64,000 nucleotides of DNA from positions 3,906,001 to 3,970,000 of the forward strand of contig OZ365118.1 of the NCBI GenBank assembly GCA_977030845.1. Reading direction: 5' to 3'. The first letter of the stretch is position 1. Every line of letters starts with the position of its first letter. The position numbers and the translations under genes are program-made. The notes under the pieces were generated by a model that was not told the DNA's origin, did no database searches, and was given only the letters and a program-made list of their open reading frames with translations. Below, piece by piece: positions 38,002-50,270 of the stretch. This DNA is from Fimbriosthenelais zetlandica. Its lineage: Eukaryota.

Positions 38002-41000
38002 CTACAAGAGAGTGACAGTGTCTCAATCCTCCACTCCAATAGAGCACCTTATAATCAACATACAGGGTAACCTTCACGTTACAGAATAGATTCAAGTTGT
38101 CTTCAGAAATAGAGAGAAATAATGAGGATTTAAGAGAGAGGATCAATGGTCGTCGGTAAGATGTACTTCTGTACAATAAGAAAAGTGGGTAAATTAGATG
38201 TCGCTGTCAAATAAGAAATCATTGCACATGCGCGCTAGCAAACCGCCACCCTTGCGCTTTTGTCGTCTCACAATATGCGTGTGCAACCAACACTGTACAG
38301 AATGCGGGCACAAGTGGCACCACAATAATAGCACAATGGGAGTTATATAGACAAGGTGCAATCTGTGGTAAAGAAATTAGACATCTACAGCAATATGGAG
38401 GAGGGCGGGGGGCCTGATAAGCTCATGTAAAACGTCCACAATAGGAGAGTACAAAATGCCAGCCTGAACCAAGGACCCCACGTTTGACAAGGAGTATAGA
38501 GTGTGTTTTTTTCCATGACTTTAAACAATGCAGTGTTCAGAGGAACAGAAGGTATATGATGTTTTAGCTATAATATAGTAGGAAAGCATGATGACATTGA
38601 TAAGGCCAAATTGAAAGCAAGTTCTTCCTGGTGACACTCTATTGTGAGACAGTAAATGACCGCAAGAGAGCTGATGTTAAGCAGCTATTTTGACAAACTC
38701 TCCGCATTACCAAAAGATTAAATCTCGTTCTAATAATAATTATAATTTAACGGCAACAGCGCCATTGGGATTAGTAGATTCATATAAAAGTCTAGTCTAG
38801 TGGAATTTACCATGCTCTTATTTTGGAAGTTTGTGCCTAGTTAGTAATGCTAGAATTTCAATTTGAATAACGAAAGAAATCAATGATAATCCGTCCAGTC
38901 CTTCTGAGCGACATTTCAAATGATGCTTCTAAGCTACCCAGGCCTCTACGACCAACTGGGTGGTATAGGTGTCCCATGCAGTAAATGATAATGTCACTGT
39001 GATTCAATGTCCACGATCAGCTACACAGTAACAGGGTGGTAATCTCTTATGTGCCAGTTGCTTTAAAGAAGAATACACCTTTCAAAGGGATTCATATTTT
39101 TCAAATTTCAATTATATTGGGATCTGAAAATGAGAATTCGCGTGGATTCAACAGCTTTTGATTGCAATGTGTTCTCAATGATCACCTAGTCTTTTAGTAA
39201 GTGAATTCTGGCTGGAGAACCCCAGTAATAAACACTGGTAAAGTGCATTGATTTAAAGGGAATCGTTCTTAGAAAACAACCCGCACTGACAAAACAATGT
39301 TTTTCTGTATGTCCCTTGTAACTGAAAATCATACAGGTATGAACTAAGACTGTAAAATTCAATGTCAATTTGTATGGTGAGTCAAACTTAGTCCTGAGGC
39401 CAGAAGGTGAGAGTTGTTTGGGGGTACATACCTGTGCTTCACACCTATACGATACCTTTGCTATTTGATCCTGAGCCAACACATAAAGTAAATGAGCCAA
39501 AAGTCAGACTAAGACCTTTCTTTCATTCTCTATATCTTTTAGATTTCCTTCATTGATCCTATAGGCATCTATTTACAATCAAATTGCTTTTTAATACCAT
39601 TTATGTTTTTTTCCTAACATATGAACCATCTTATTTAACATGGTCAGATACTTTGCATTCAATTTATACTGCCACAGAACATACTGCAAAACAAAACTGG
39701 TGTACTATAACATGAAATATATTTCAAAAAGACTAAAAAGTACTACAAAAATGAATTCAAAGTATTATTCAGAGTATTTTCTTTTGGGATCACTTTACTC
39801 CAATTATCTAAACATTAGCATTTGGAAGGTTTCCATAATGTTATATGTGGTATAATTAATTCAGGAAAGAATACTGTCAGCTGCTTCCAAAATTAAACAT
39901 TATCAAGCTAATCGCTAAAATACTAAGCCAAAAATAATGTAAACATTTTGAATGGAAACGAATATGTTTTGAATTATACTAAAAAGGCATCAAGGTGGAA
40001 TGGTATTGGTGAGACTCCAAATGAATCCAAGACAATATTCTTTCTTGATTAGAGTATACTGGTTTAAGGTATGGGAGTATGAGGGTTAGATAGTGATAGG
40101 AAGATTTGCATTACCCCTATTTTTCCTTCTGCCTAATAGTGGTTTCCACGCGCCGCATGAGGAAAGACCATTGCAAGCAGAGCAGAGGTAAAGACGTGAC
40201 TAACATGACCATAGAAAGTCAGTTGGTGATAGAAACATAGTTCCTTCTTCATTTTAAGATTCAGATTTAAGTTTCAGCTTTTTAAAGGAAAGAAAAGATT
40301 GTCTAGTGCACCCATGTAAAAGTAAAACAGAAGAAAGAAAAATGTGACCTCGACTTGTGGAGACGGGTCTCTCAAGCAAAGCATTAGCAAAGAGTGATGA
40401 GTGGAAAAAAGAAAGGTTCTAAAGAAATGATACCAAGTAGAAAGAAAGAGAAAAGAAAGACATGCATGTGAGAGGAGTGAAATAATGTGAACTGAGAGTT
40501 GAAAAAGTTGGGGCGAAGGCGAGGCTGAATTTCCCATACCAGTGTTAACATATAAGCAGCAATAACAAGGCTCCTCTTACTATCTTCAAAAAATGTCAAA
40601 GTATTTTACTGTCTTCAGAAGAGTGTGATGATTAAACGCAAAATTGCACCTGGTCGCCTCAGAGCAGAGTTGCATCACAGTTATTTTGACCAACAAAGAA
40701 CATGACAATATGATTAATAGTGATTAATCCAAACATTCCACTCCACTCCCAAGGCTATTACTGTTACTGGCATCATAAAGTATCCTAGTGCACCCCCATA
40801 TTGTGAGACGTCATAGGAGCGTAGAAAAATAAGGCAAAAGACAAGACACTTCAACAGTACCAATATAGAATATCAGGAAACTTGACTCATGGGTACATCA
40901 GAAAAAAAACATATGTATATATAGTCTAGTTGCTCTGTTCACATCAAAATAGTAGACAATGTGCAGTAGAAAGAGACCGATCTATATGAATATCTTGATT

Positions 41001-41135
41001 GTCATGACAATGAAAATGTCTTATGCTTGCTTGGATTACATGTGCTTGTAATTTGTCAAACACTATCTTTCCTATTCAATACTACACTGAGACATGCAGG
41101 TCATTGGTATTTTATTGTACAGGCCGTAATGCCTA

Positions 41136-41468
<333 letters not shown>

Positions 41469-41917
41469 TTAACTTTCAACATAACATCACAAATTCGAAA
41501 ACTGATTCAGGAACTTTAAGATTCAGTTATTCTACATGTATTGCCACAAAATTGTAACTTTTGAGAGAGATTATATGTGGAAAATCTTTACTAAAGAACC
41601 AGTCAATGGTGTTAGAGTCGTGGTCAATGTTAACTTTAAATGGGGGCTTAAAGATGCTCTAGATGGTCATTATGAAGCAGTCAGATATCACCACTAATGC
41701 TCAGTTGTATCTACACCAGTAAAGCACAACACACATAGTATCTACAGCACAAACCCTCAACTACCGGATATTACGTCATCATCCACTACCATAGACCAAC
41801 AATATACATGAGTACTACATAATGCTACATTACATAATGCTACATTACATCTATATAGGTTACCATTTGAGTTTTTCATCCTTTTAGTTAATAGGCCCCC
41901 ATAATGTCCATGCCTAC

Positions 41918-42130
41918 CTCACGGATTAACTCCCCTATCATGCCGTCCCATGTGCCATTGTCAGTCAGGCCGCCATACTTGCCATCCTTGACGGGTCGGA
42001 TAATGTACGAGAAACCAATGATGTCGGCGAGCTTGGCCGCTAGGTCTACGCAATAGCCTTCAAAGCGGTCATTGCCAACCGAGGGTCGGCCATTGTCTGG
42101 GGTTGGCTTCAACATGAGGTATGGTTCCGT
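41918..42130 (-). CDS. GRIA-like: GluR exon 10b (S1 ligand-binding segment, alternative copy B)
   Basis: ccttacag| TEPYLMLKPTPDNGRPSVGNDRFEGYCVDLAAKLADIIGFSYIIRPVKDGKYGGLTDNGTWDGMIGELIRE |GTAGGC. 213 nt, phase 0-0. Confidence 0.93.
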
Positions 42131-42926
42131 CTGTAAGGTGGGGTGCGCATGCATGCTGCTTTAGTTACTACTCACTAGATGGCGCTCCACAATATCCACG
42201 GTTACAGGGAGTCATGTGTGACATTGTAACTCCTATAGTTTCAATGTAATACCCGAGCGTGAGAGACTGGGGGCCGAGTCTGCCATGCCAGGACGAGAGG
42301 CTCATTCTAAGCACACTTACATTAATAAAGCAATTCCTTGATCTAATATGACAGTCGTAGAAAAAGAATGATTCTCAGAAAGTGTGGTGGATTCCCATAT
42401 ACTTTTCTAGCGCTTTGTCACTCTTTTTCTACACACGAGCCACGAGTTTGTTTGAGTTTGAGTTAGGACGTCACACATAGACTACGTGAAGGACTTAATG
42501 TCAAGTGTATGACGCGGCAAGAAGCATAGAAGGACAGCAGGCGCAAAGCTGGGTCAAGTGAGTTTGGGGCTTCAATTTTTAAATAACCACAAAAATCCTT
42601 TGATTAGAAGTTTGAGTGAAAGGAAAATTGATAGTCCACAAATAATAAAGAAATGGCAATGCGAGCTGATCAAGATTGAGGTTGGAATGTGACCAGAATA
42701 CCCTGTCATGGAAAGAAGAAGAATTCACAATAATTATGGCCTTTTTTTTGGAAGATCACAGAACCAGTGCCACCTGTCCTTGCTTTATGACACTAAGGCT
42801 AGCGCTATGTCTATAGGTCAGTGGCCTACGGGGCTGGGGGTCCAAGCGTGTCACCTATCACACGTTACGAGCAGGGGGTAACTGTACGTCTAGTCTTAAC
42901 ACCTTATATATACTCCACACACTTAC

Positions 42927-43139
42927 GTTACGGACCAGTTCGCCAACCATTCCGTTCCACGTTCCGTTTTCGTCTTTGGATCCGTATTTCCCGTCTCTGA
43001 CGGGGACAATCAAGTAGTCGTAACCGACTATATCCGCTATCTTCTGGGCTAAGTCTGCACAGTAACCTTCGAATCTGGCGTTACCAACTAGGGGCTGGCC
43101 ATGAGTCGCCACTGGCCGCAGGGTCAAATACGGCTCGGT
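42927..43139 (-). CDS. GRIA-like: GluR exon 10a (S1 ligand-binding segment, alternative copy A)
   Basis: ctcgtcag| TEPYLTLRPVATHGQPLVGNARFEGYCADLAQKIADIVGYDYLIVPVRDGKYGSKDENGTWNGMVGELVRN |GTAAGT. 213 nt, phase 0-0. Confidence 0.93.
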
Positions 43140-44412
43140 CTGACGAGGTGAAAACAAGAGCAAACCATGGCACAAACATAGAAAATCTCATCCACCATCA
43201 AACTTTCCGTTTTTTATCTTTCTAGGCAACAAAAACAAAAGGTTGGGAAAAACATTGGGAGGCTTCTTCCAAACCGACAACAAAATAGATTTTGCCGAGA
43301 TTTAACCACAGAAGAACAAAACGATGTACTATGTATATATACATGCTCTTCAGCTGGTGTCATTTCCAGTGGTAACAAAATTGATGGAGAAAATATACAT
43401 ATCTTATACAGAGGTACATCACGTCTACAAAATGAACATGCCTAAACCGAGTGACAGCATTTCCGGGCGGACAATTTGGAACTGATGGCTTGGAGGAGAT
43501 GGCGATGGGCCGAAATACATCCGTCAATGACATAGCTCACATTAAACGACCATGGAAATTATACTTAAACTGAGAATCAATGCAATGTTATGGCTTAACT
43601 CGAGCATACATAGAATAACAGGCTCTAGAGAGAGGGAGAAGGGTCCCAGGTATCAATTTGAGGCAGGGTTAGAGCAGAAATGAAGACATAATGAAGATGC
43701 AATAACCGCTAAGCGCAGGCAGACATGGGGAAGGGGGAGAGAGGTTCCGCAGAAACAGAGGGAGAAATCTGACAGGAGAAATGTATGTAATCAATGTTGC
43801 TCAACATTATGCAAGATTAAAGGGCCGGGGGGTCTTTATTAGGGTCTGAAGTAAAGGCGTTTAGGTCATACAGTTATTGAAGATCTCCCTACTGATACAT
43901 ACCATTCCTAATACTACAAATTAGGATAAAAGAAATGAATGATTTTAACGGTATTGGTACCGAAAAGACTTCATAACTAGGCGGGATATTCATCCCAGAT
44001 CTGTTAGCTGTTTCAGAGTGACAGGAAGGAGCATTGTATCAGGAGGGATATCTTGTAATGAAAACATCTCGGGATTTAATAGAGTACACCATCTGGGATT
44101 GAGGAAGTGCAGGGATTATTCTGAAGGCAAGTAAACATTCAAGAACTGGTGAAATTAAACTATTCTTTAAACTTATCATAATCTATATTACATGGTAAGT
44201 TATGAAGTATCATATGTATTATCTTACTGTATTGTGCTCTATTTAGATCCTTAGTAATAAGTTAGTATATCTACACATATATACTTGACTTTGATCAATT
44301 GATTCAGTTTGATTATTGTCATGTTTAGTGTTAAAATCCTTATGAATAGCATTGTTTTATTAGTTGAATCAAAGAACAATTGGCATGTAGACCTGCCACG
44401 GTTCTCACTTAC

Positions 44413-44523
44413 CAAGATCGAGGTAACAATTCGCGTGATATTTTTGATGGTGTTATTTCCCTTAGTTCTGACAAGGGAAGGATTTTGAATCATGAGCCCA
44501 CGCGTGGGTGACCACGTACCGAT
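44413..44523 (-). CDS. GRIA-like: GluR exon 9 (ATD-LBD linker, start of S1)
   Basis: gttgcacag| IGTWSPTRGLMIQNPSLVRTKGNNTIKNITRIVTSIL |GTAAGT. 111 nt. Confidence 0.93.
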
Positions 44524-44751
44524 CTGTGCAACAAAAAAAATAATATAATTATGATCAGGGATGTGTGTTATAAAACTGAGGTGGAAGGCGCAGGGTCAGA
44601 TAATGAGCAATATGGAGCATAGAGCTGAGGCAAAAATTGTTTTCCTTGACATGTTAATACCGCTGATTGTTAATCAGCTACATTTTGAGTGATAAAATGA
44701 CTGATAACACATTGTATATGTATACATGGTCCTTGTGACCTTGGTACTGAC

Positions 44752-44859
44752 CTTGGCGAGGCCTCGGTTAAGGTTAACCTCCAGAACATCCAGCGCGAAG
44801 TCGCGACGAAGTCCATGACTGTCGAACGCAACCTTACCGGACAATCCTTTAAACTCAAT
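44752..44859 (-). CDS. GRIA-like: GluR exon 8 (ATD)
   Basis: atcttcag| IEFKGLSGKVAFDSHGLRRDFALDVLEVNLNRGLAK |GTCAGT. 108 nt; F.GL.G...FD..G.R motif. Confidence 0.92.
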
Positions 44860-45027
44860 CTGAAGATAAACAACGAAAGATGAAGGGACCGTGGCATTTT
44901 AAATACTTTTAAATTTTTAAATTAGTGTCTAAATGCAGCAACGACCAAATAATTCATCTAGAACTGATCTGTAGTAAAGGCTATATTATTGGAGATAATG
45001 GTTAGAGGTGTTATGAAGTGCTCTCAC

Positions 45028-45228
45028 CTCCCTCATGGTTTTCATGATTTCATATCCATGCACCCAGGGGATGACGGGCTCGCAATCACAGTCTATACCT
45101 TCTGTCTCGTTATTAAAAAACTTGCCGTGTCGGAGAGTGGATTGGAAGACGCGCGGGTTACCGGTCAACATCTGGGTCAGGGCTTTAGAAATAAGACGGA
45201 CCGAATCTACGGCCAGCGCTGCCTCATA
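45028..45228 (-). CDS. GRIA-like: GluR exon 7 (ATD)
   Basis: atcacag| YEAALAVDSV...IDCDCEPVIPWVHGYEIMKTMRE |GTGAGA. 201 nt, phase 0-0. Confidence 0.93.
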
Positions 45229-47357
45229 CTGTGATAAAGACATAGGCGGGGTGGTTAGACAATAAAGTCATTAACACTCATTAACATCACTTAATATACA
45301 GGCATGAGACAGACAGGGAGAGTGCACAGCAGATAACTGTCCAGTGTGGAATGCAATATGTGTATGTGGTGCTCATGCGCCTCAAAAATGCAACTAAAGC
45401 AAGTGGCATAGATCTCTTAAACTTAGTGCTTCCCAACAATGCTTAGGGCGGCGGTGAATTGAATATATTGCCACTTAAATCAAATACAGTGCACAAAGTG
45501 ATTACTGTTACTCTCAGTGAAAACATAACTACTTAACAAGTGGCCAGCAGATTACGCTGGAGATAAAAGTTAGTTTAAAATAATCTTATACGAAGAGCCT
45601 TAAAATTCTGCCTGCCAAAATGGAGAAAGGGTATCCCTTATTAAAGACGCCCTTAAATATATAGGACGTTCTTCATGAAGGGATCTGAGAAGGAGAATCA
45701 ACTGGAAAACACATATATATAATGGTGTAGGGGGCGCAGTCGTATAGGGTTAAGGGAAGAGGGCATCACCGATATATGGTGGGGGAAGAAAGACTGCCAA
45801 CCAATGGGACAACAGCGGGGAGGGGGAGGGGTGGGAAGGGGAAAAGATGAAAGTAACATATTGTCAATTATGGAGGATATCTCCATTGAAAATGATATCC
45901 CATTTTAATCTCCATATAATCATTTAAAGTTATGCACTTCTTCAAAAAGCTTTTGTAAGATAAATTGGGGTGCTGGTCTACAATTGAAAAGTGCACACAA
46001 AAACCAATCCTTGGTGTCAGTTCCAATTAGCAAATTCTTCACCCAGAGTAAGCAATCATTATCCAGCCCTGCGACGGAAAACAAACCCTAGCCGAATCAT
46101 TCCATGGAGAAGAGGGGAGAGGGAAAGATAGAATGCAATGTCATGCAGCCTCTGGTAAAGAGAATGAATAATTGGAAAAATGAAGAGAAGAGTCATCCAT
46201 TCAGAGAGAAGAGAATGAGAGGGGGAGGAGAGGGAGATATTGGGGGAAGGACACATGTATCCACATCGTGTTGAGACGCCTACCTTCATTTTGCGCGGCC
46301 GTGTCGTCTGAAATAAGAGTGGTGTAGGAAGAGGTTACATCAGTTTAAATTAAATAGATGGAGGCAGAGAGAGAGGCAGGCACACTTGGCGCGCTGCTGG
46401 CCCAGTGCTTAATAACCGAATCTGTGCTCCAATGAAGCAGAAAGATAGAAACCAACCAACCGTGCATGTCTCCAACTCTCCACTCCTTATCGACTATGTA
46501 TATCAAAGGCCATGCTTTTTCTTCATCACTTCAGGGGAATTCCTACTGAATGGTCGTGGAAAAATTTCTGTCCAGGACTTTTTAAATACAGGAGTGTTTT
46601 CAGAGTGGGAGACAGCAACGATAAACTCTTAATGTTTAAAAGTTTCTAAGTGGAACAGAGGAGGGACACTTTACATGACAGAAGCAAAAGCATTTCCAAC
46701 GTTCATTCAGAAAGTAGACCATGAGATAGAGGTCTTAAAGTTGGACCTGCCAGATTATGTATTACAGGACATCAATCTAATTAATAACAGATATGATATG
46801 AATGAAATCTACCAAGATATCTCGATTACTCTATCAGCATATTTAACTCTTACTTGTCAGTATTACTCACCCTTTTATATAAGAGAAGCAAAGTTAAAAA
46901 TGTTTTAAATCTTTAGCAAAAATTCTTCAGTACTCGACAAAAACATTAGAGACAGGGAAGTTGTGCATGAAACTTGAGAAATGAGAGAGAAAATAAAAAA
47001 TATGCAAAATAAAAAATGACTTTTAAAAAGCAGTTAAGAGATTCGCCGACAGGACAGATGCAAGATCGGCCATTGAGGATACCATGGCATCCAGAATGGC
47101 ATCTTGAAAGTTCAGAAAGTTAGAAAGTGCATCATCTTTGTACAGAAATACCTTTCAAAAACATCTCTTTCAGGGAGAAAAGAAGAGATATATAGCTCAA
47201 TCAAATCGGAGAAATCACAAAATTCTGAAGTCAAAAACTTGCATCTGTGACATATAGTCGGGGAACGTGATTTGATTCTAGACATAGCGTGACACATAGA
47301 ACAGAGAGGAGAGAGATAAAGGGTACTTCTGAAACTGACACTTCTTCGGGCACTCAC

Positions 47358-47519
47358 GGAAATCTTGGCTTCACCGGCACCGTTCCACGAGTTCTTATCA
47401 AGCGCTTGCCAGGAGGAGAAGAAAGCCTGAACATCCTTATCGTGAAAGTTGACCAGTTGAAACCCGGTGATGTTGATTCCACCATGGTTGTATGCGTCCA
47501 GTCGAAGCTCTGATATTCC
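47358..47519 (-). CDS. GRIA-like: GluR exon 6 (ATD)
   Basis: tttcag| GISELRLDAYNHGGINITGFQLVNF...GAGEAKIS |GTGAGT. 162 nt; GG.N.TGFQL motif. Confidence 0.93.
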
Positions 47520-47671
47520 CTGAAACCCATGTAGAAACCATGAGATCCCCATCCCAAATAGACACAGAGAAATTCACGTCCAAACAATCAGATCCCCATC
47601 CTAAATAGACAGAGAAATTCAAGATCACATGATGAACTTATAGTAAGACACATAATGATTTAAATACTTGC

Positions 47672-47719
47672 CAGTCCCGCTAAAAGGTAGTGAAGTTTAA
47701 CCCTTCTGGCATCTGTTTT
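47672..47719 (-). CDS. GRIA-like: GluR exon 5 (48 nt, followed by a GC-AG intron)
   Basis: ctgttgtag| KTDARRVKLHYLLAGL |GCAAGT. Supplies the conserved HY..A.LG motif needed between exons 4 and 6; phase 0-0. Confidence 0.85.
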
Positions 47720-47823
47720 CTACAACAGAAAGGAATTTATACAATGGCAGGAGTCTATGATCATTGCTCTGAAATCACAAGTACAATGAATGTGGATTAA
47801 TACAATAAAGTCCACATCTTTAC

Positions 47824-48017
47824 CTGAAGGTTTAGTAACTCTTCACACTCTAACGTTGGCAAATCAAGAAGAACCCGTTTGTCCTCATCTGAGATGGTAT
47901 CTAGATGGGACAGTTGCTTGTATGCATCGTGGGCATCTGTCACCCGGTAGACCTTCACCTCCAGAGGCACTCCATCAGCACTGATCGCATCAAACAGTTG
48001 CTGAAGCCGGATTAGCC
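47824..48017 (-). CDS. GRIA-like: GluR exon 4 (ATD)
   Basis: actttcag| GLIRLQQLFDAISADGVPLEVKVYRVTDAHDAYKQLSHLDTISDEDKRVLLDLPTLECEELLNLQ |GTAAAG. 194 nt, phase 1-0. Confidence 0.92.
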
Positions 48018-49609
48018 CTGAAAGTTAAAAAAAACCTGACGTCAAGAAACTAATCTGATTCTAGACACGGACTGACAAATGGAACATCTGGAATGGACAC
48101 GTCTTCAAACAGAAGTTGCTGAAGTCGGATTAGCCCTGAATAGAAAACAAGTAGAAAATTCTGGCTTCAAAAACTGTGAATTATATAGTCAGGGAACTCG
48201 ATTTCAATCTAGACAGTGTGAATCCAGTGAGGGTATCATGTGAGCAATAAAGGGTACTCCTGGAATGGACACCTCAAACCGTTAAGCTTAATACAGTTAA
48301 ATTAGCCCTACATCCAGAAAAACTTCACTAAATGAAGTCTAAGATATCTTCAAGACTATGCTACACCACATTTCCGAACGTAATAGGTTCTTACATCCTT
48401 GAAGTCAGCCTAATTTGAAATCTGAAAACTGAAAACTGCGTAGAATATGTTCACCATGAGCTCAGGTGCGCTGCCTGTTTGGAAGGCTACTTACAGATGC
48501 GTGGTGGGGAATGCGGTCTTTATATAAAGGGACAGTCCAGTTAGCCACAGTGTCATCAGCAGTAAACCACAAACTTTGCCCAACTCGTCTACTCTCACAG
48601 ACACAAGTGACAAATGTGATGCGGCGTTTAGAAGGAGGATCACGTGCGGTAACGTTTAGGATTAATTCAGCACAGCGCCGAGGTGGAGAGAAGTGGCAGT
48701 GTCTGTTAGCCTTGTGACGTGTACGATTCACATCACGTTCACACGTACCTACACGTAATGCTGCCTGAACTAATCCACCCCTCCCACACGTACTACAGCC
48801 TCCTCCCTACCACCCAAACCACCCTCCCACACATACCTCACACCACATACATTTCCAAGAGAATATCCCTGAAATCCACTCATTCTAAAAATGGAAATCT
48901 AACAGACAGAGAGGCCATTTGGAGGCGGGATGGACTAATGTTAGATATTTAGTCACAGAACTCGACTAATTCCCACCAAGCTTCCACGTGCCAGGCTCCT
49001 CTGGCATTCCCTATCAAAACTGACACTCAAAAAGGGTTATTTACATTTAGATGGGGAGAGGCAGCTGACTGGCTGATTAAAACTGGATGAGAGGTAGGCT
49101 GAGAGATTCTGTGGTATGCTAGAACGGCAAGCTTCAAAATATATGTCTCACAAAAACCCATCCTGTCGACAGCTGGTATTGATAAACTGGTATTATATAC
49201 TTGGTACAGTGAACTTCATACTATAATATAGAGGAATCCTTTAAGTATGTGAGGAGACTACTAGAGTTTCTGAAGTTATGTAGGAAATACCACCTGCTAT
49301 CTAAGATAGTTAAGGACAGATTTCTGTTGATTATTTCTTGAAATCGTGGTGAATTATAGTGACCATAATTCACTGCAATAAAGTTGTATAATCACTGTAT
49401 ATACTAGAGTGGATAGACAACTTTTTTTTCTTTTTGTTAATTTTAATTTAATTTTATTTAAACCTGGATACAACTCGGCATAGCCGCTTTTCAGTGTCTT
49501 CCAGAACTTATGTGTCAAGTCCCGAGGGGATTTTGCCAGTAAAATATTACCAGACCTTTTGGCTCAACTTTTATTGGGTAATTAGATTAATTTGAGTGTG
49601 GAATCTTAC

Positions 49610-49858
49610 CCTCTTCACTGCTGTAGATGTAATGGATCTTCTCCCAGTGGTAGTGGCGGGTGATATCTATCAGGGCTTTACCGTACATGGGTCTCATATA
49701 CAGCTCATAGCCCAACTCCTGTCCACTAACGTTAACTGCCAAGCTTGGTGTTACGAACGGCATGTGGAAGGTGGAGGTGAATGACCGGAGAGTAGGTAAG
49801 GTGATAACCGAATGGGTGCCAAACAACGCGAAGATGCCGTTCGCCATCTGCGAACAGA
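49610..49858 (-). CDS. GRIA-like: GluR exon 3 (ATD)
   Basis: tttcag| ICSQMANGIFALFG...TFHMPFVTPS...YHWEKIHYIYSSEE(G) |GTAAGA. 249 nt, phase 1-1; matches the AMPA ATD pattern CSQ..GV.AIFG / HMPFVTPS. Confidence 0.95.
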
Positions 49859-50270
49859 CTGAAACAAAGAAAATACCATTAATACAGAACATCCGTGAAC
49901 AGACTGAAACAATAAAATTAGCATTGACACAAAGCTCTCCTTTAAAAATGAACACCACCCAAAAGTATGTCTTATTGGCATCAATACGCATATCAAGAAT
50001 CTCTTCTTAACAATTAACTTAAATATTGCACTGAGATAAGATACATAAAATGGACATTGAAGCACTGAAATATCTTCTCAATTGCCATGTATGTCTACAG
50101 CAACCTGGTAACATGAAACGTATCTTCTTTGTATACCCTTTACATTGCTGATAGTCTTGTGCTAAGATACTGGCAAAACAACATCAATACAAGATTCTCT
50201 GCTCTATGTTTAAGATATTCTATTACATTTATGTAAGCGTCATTTTGTTGTAGAGGCAGGCAGTACTTAC

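Noticed and set aside
44740-44752. Second CCAAG|GTCA donor 12 nt downstream of exon 8
   Set aside because: GTCACA is a poor donor compared with GTCAGT; there is no other support.
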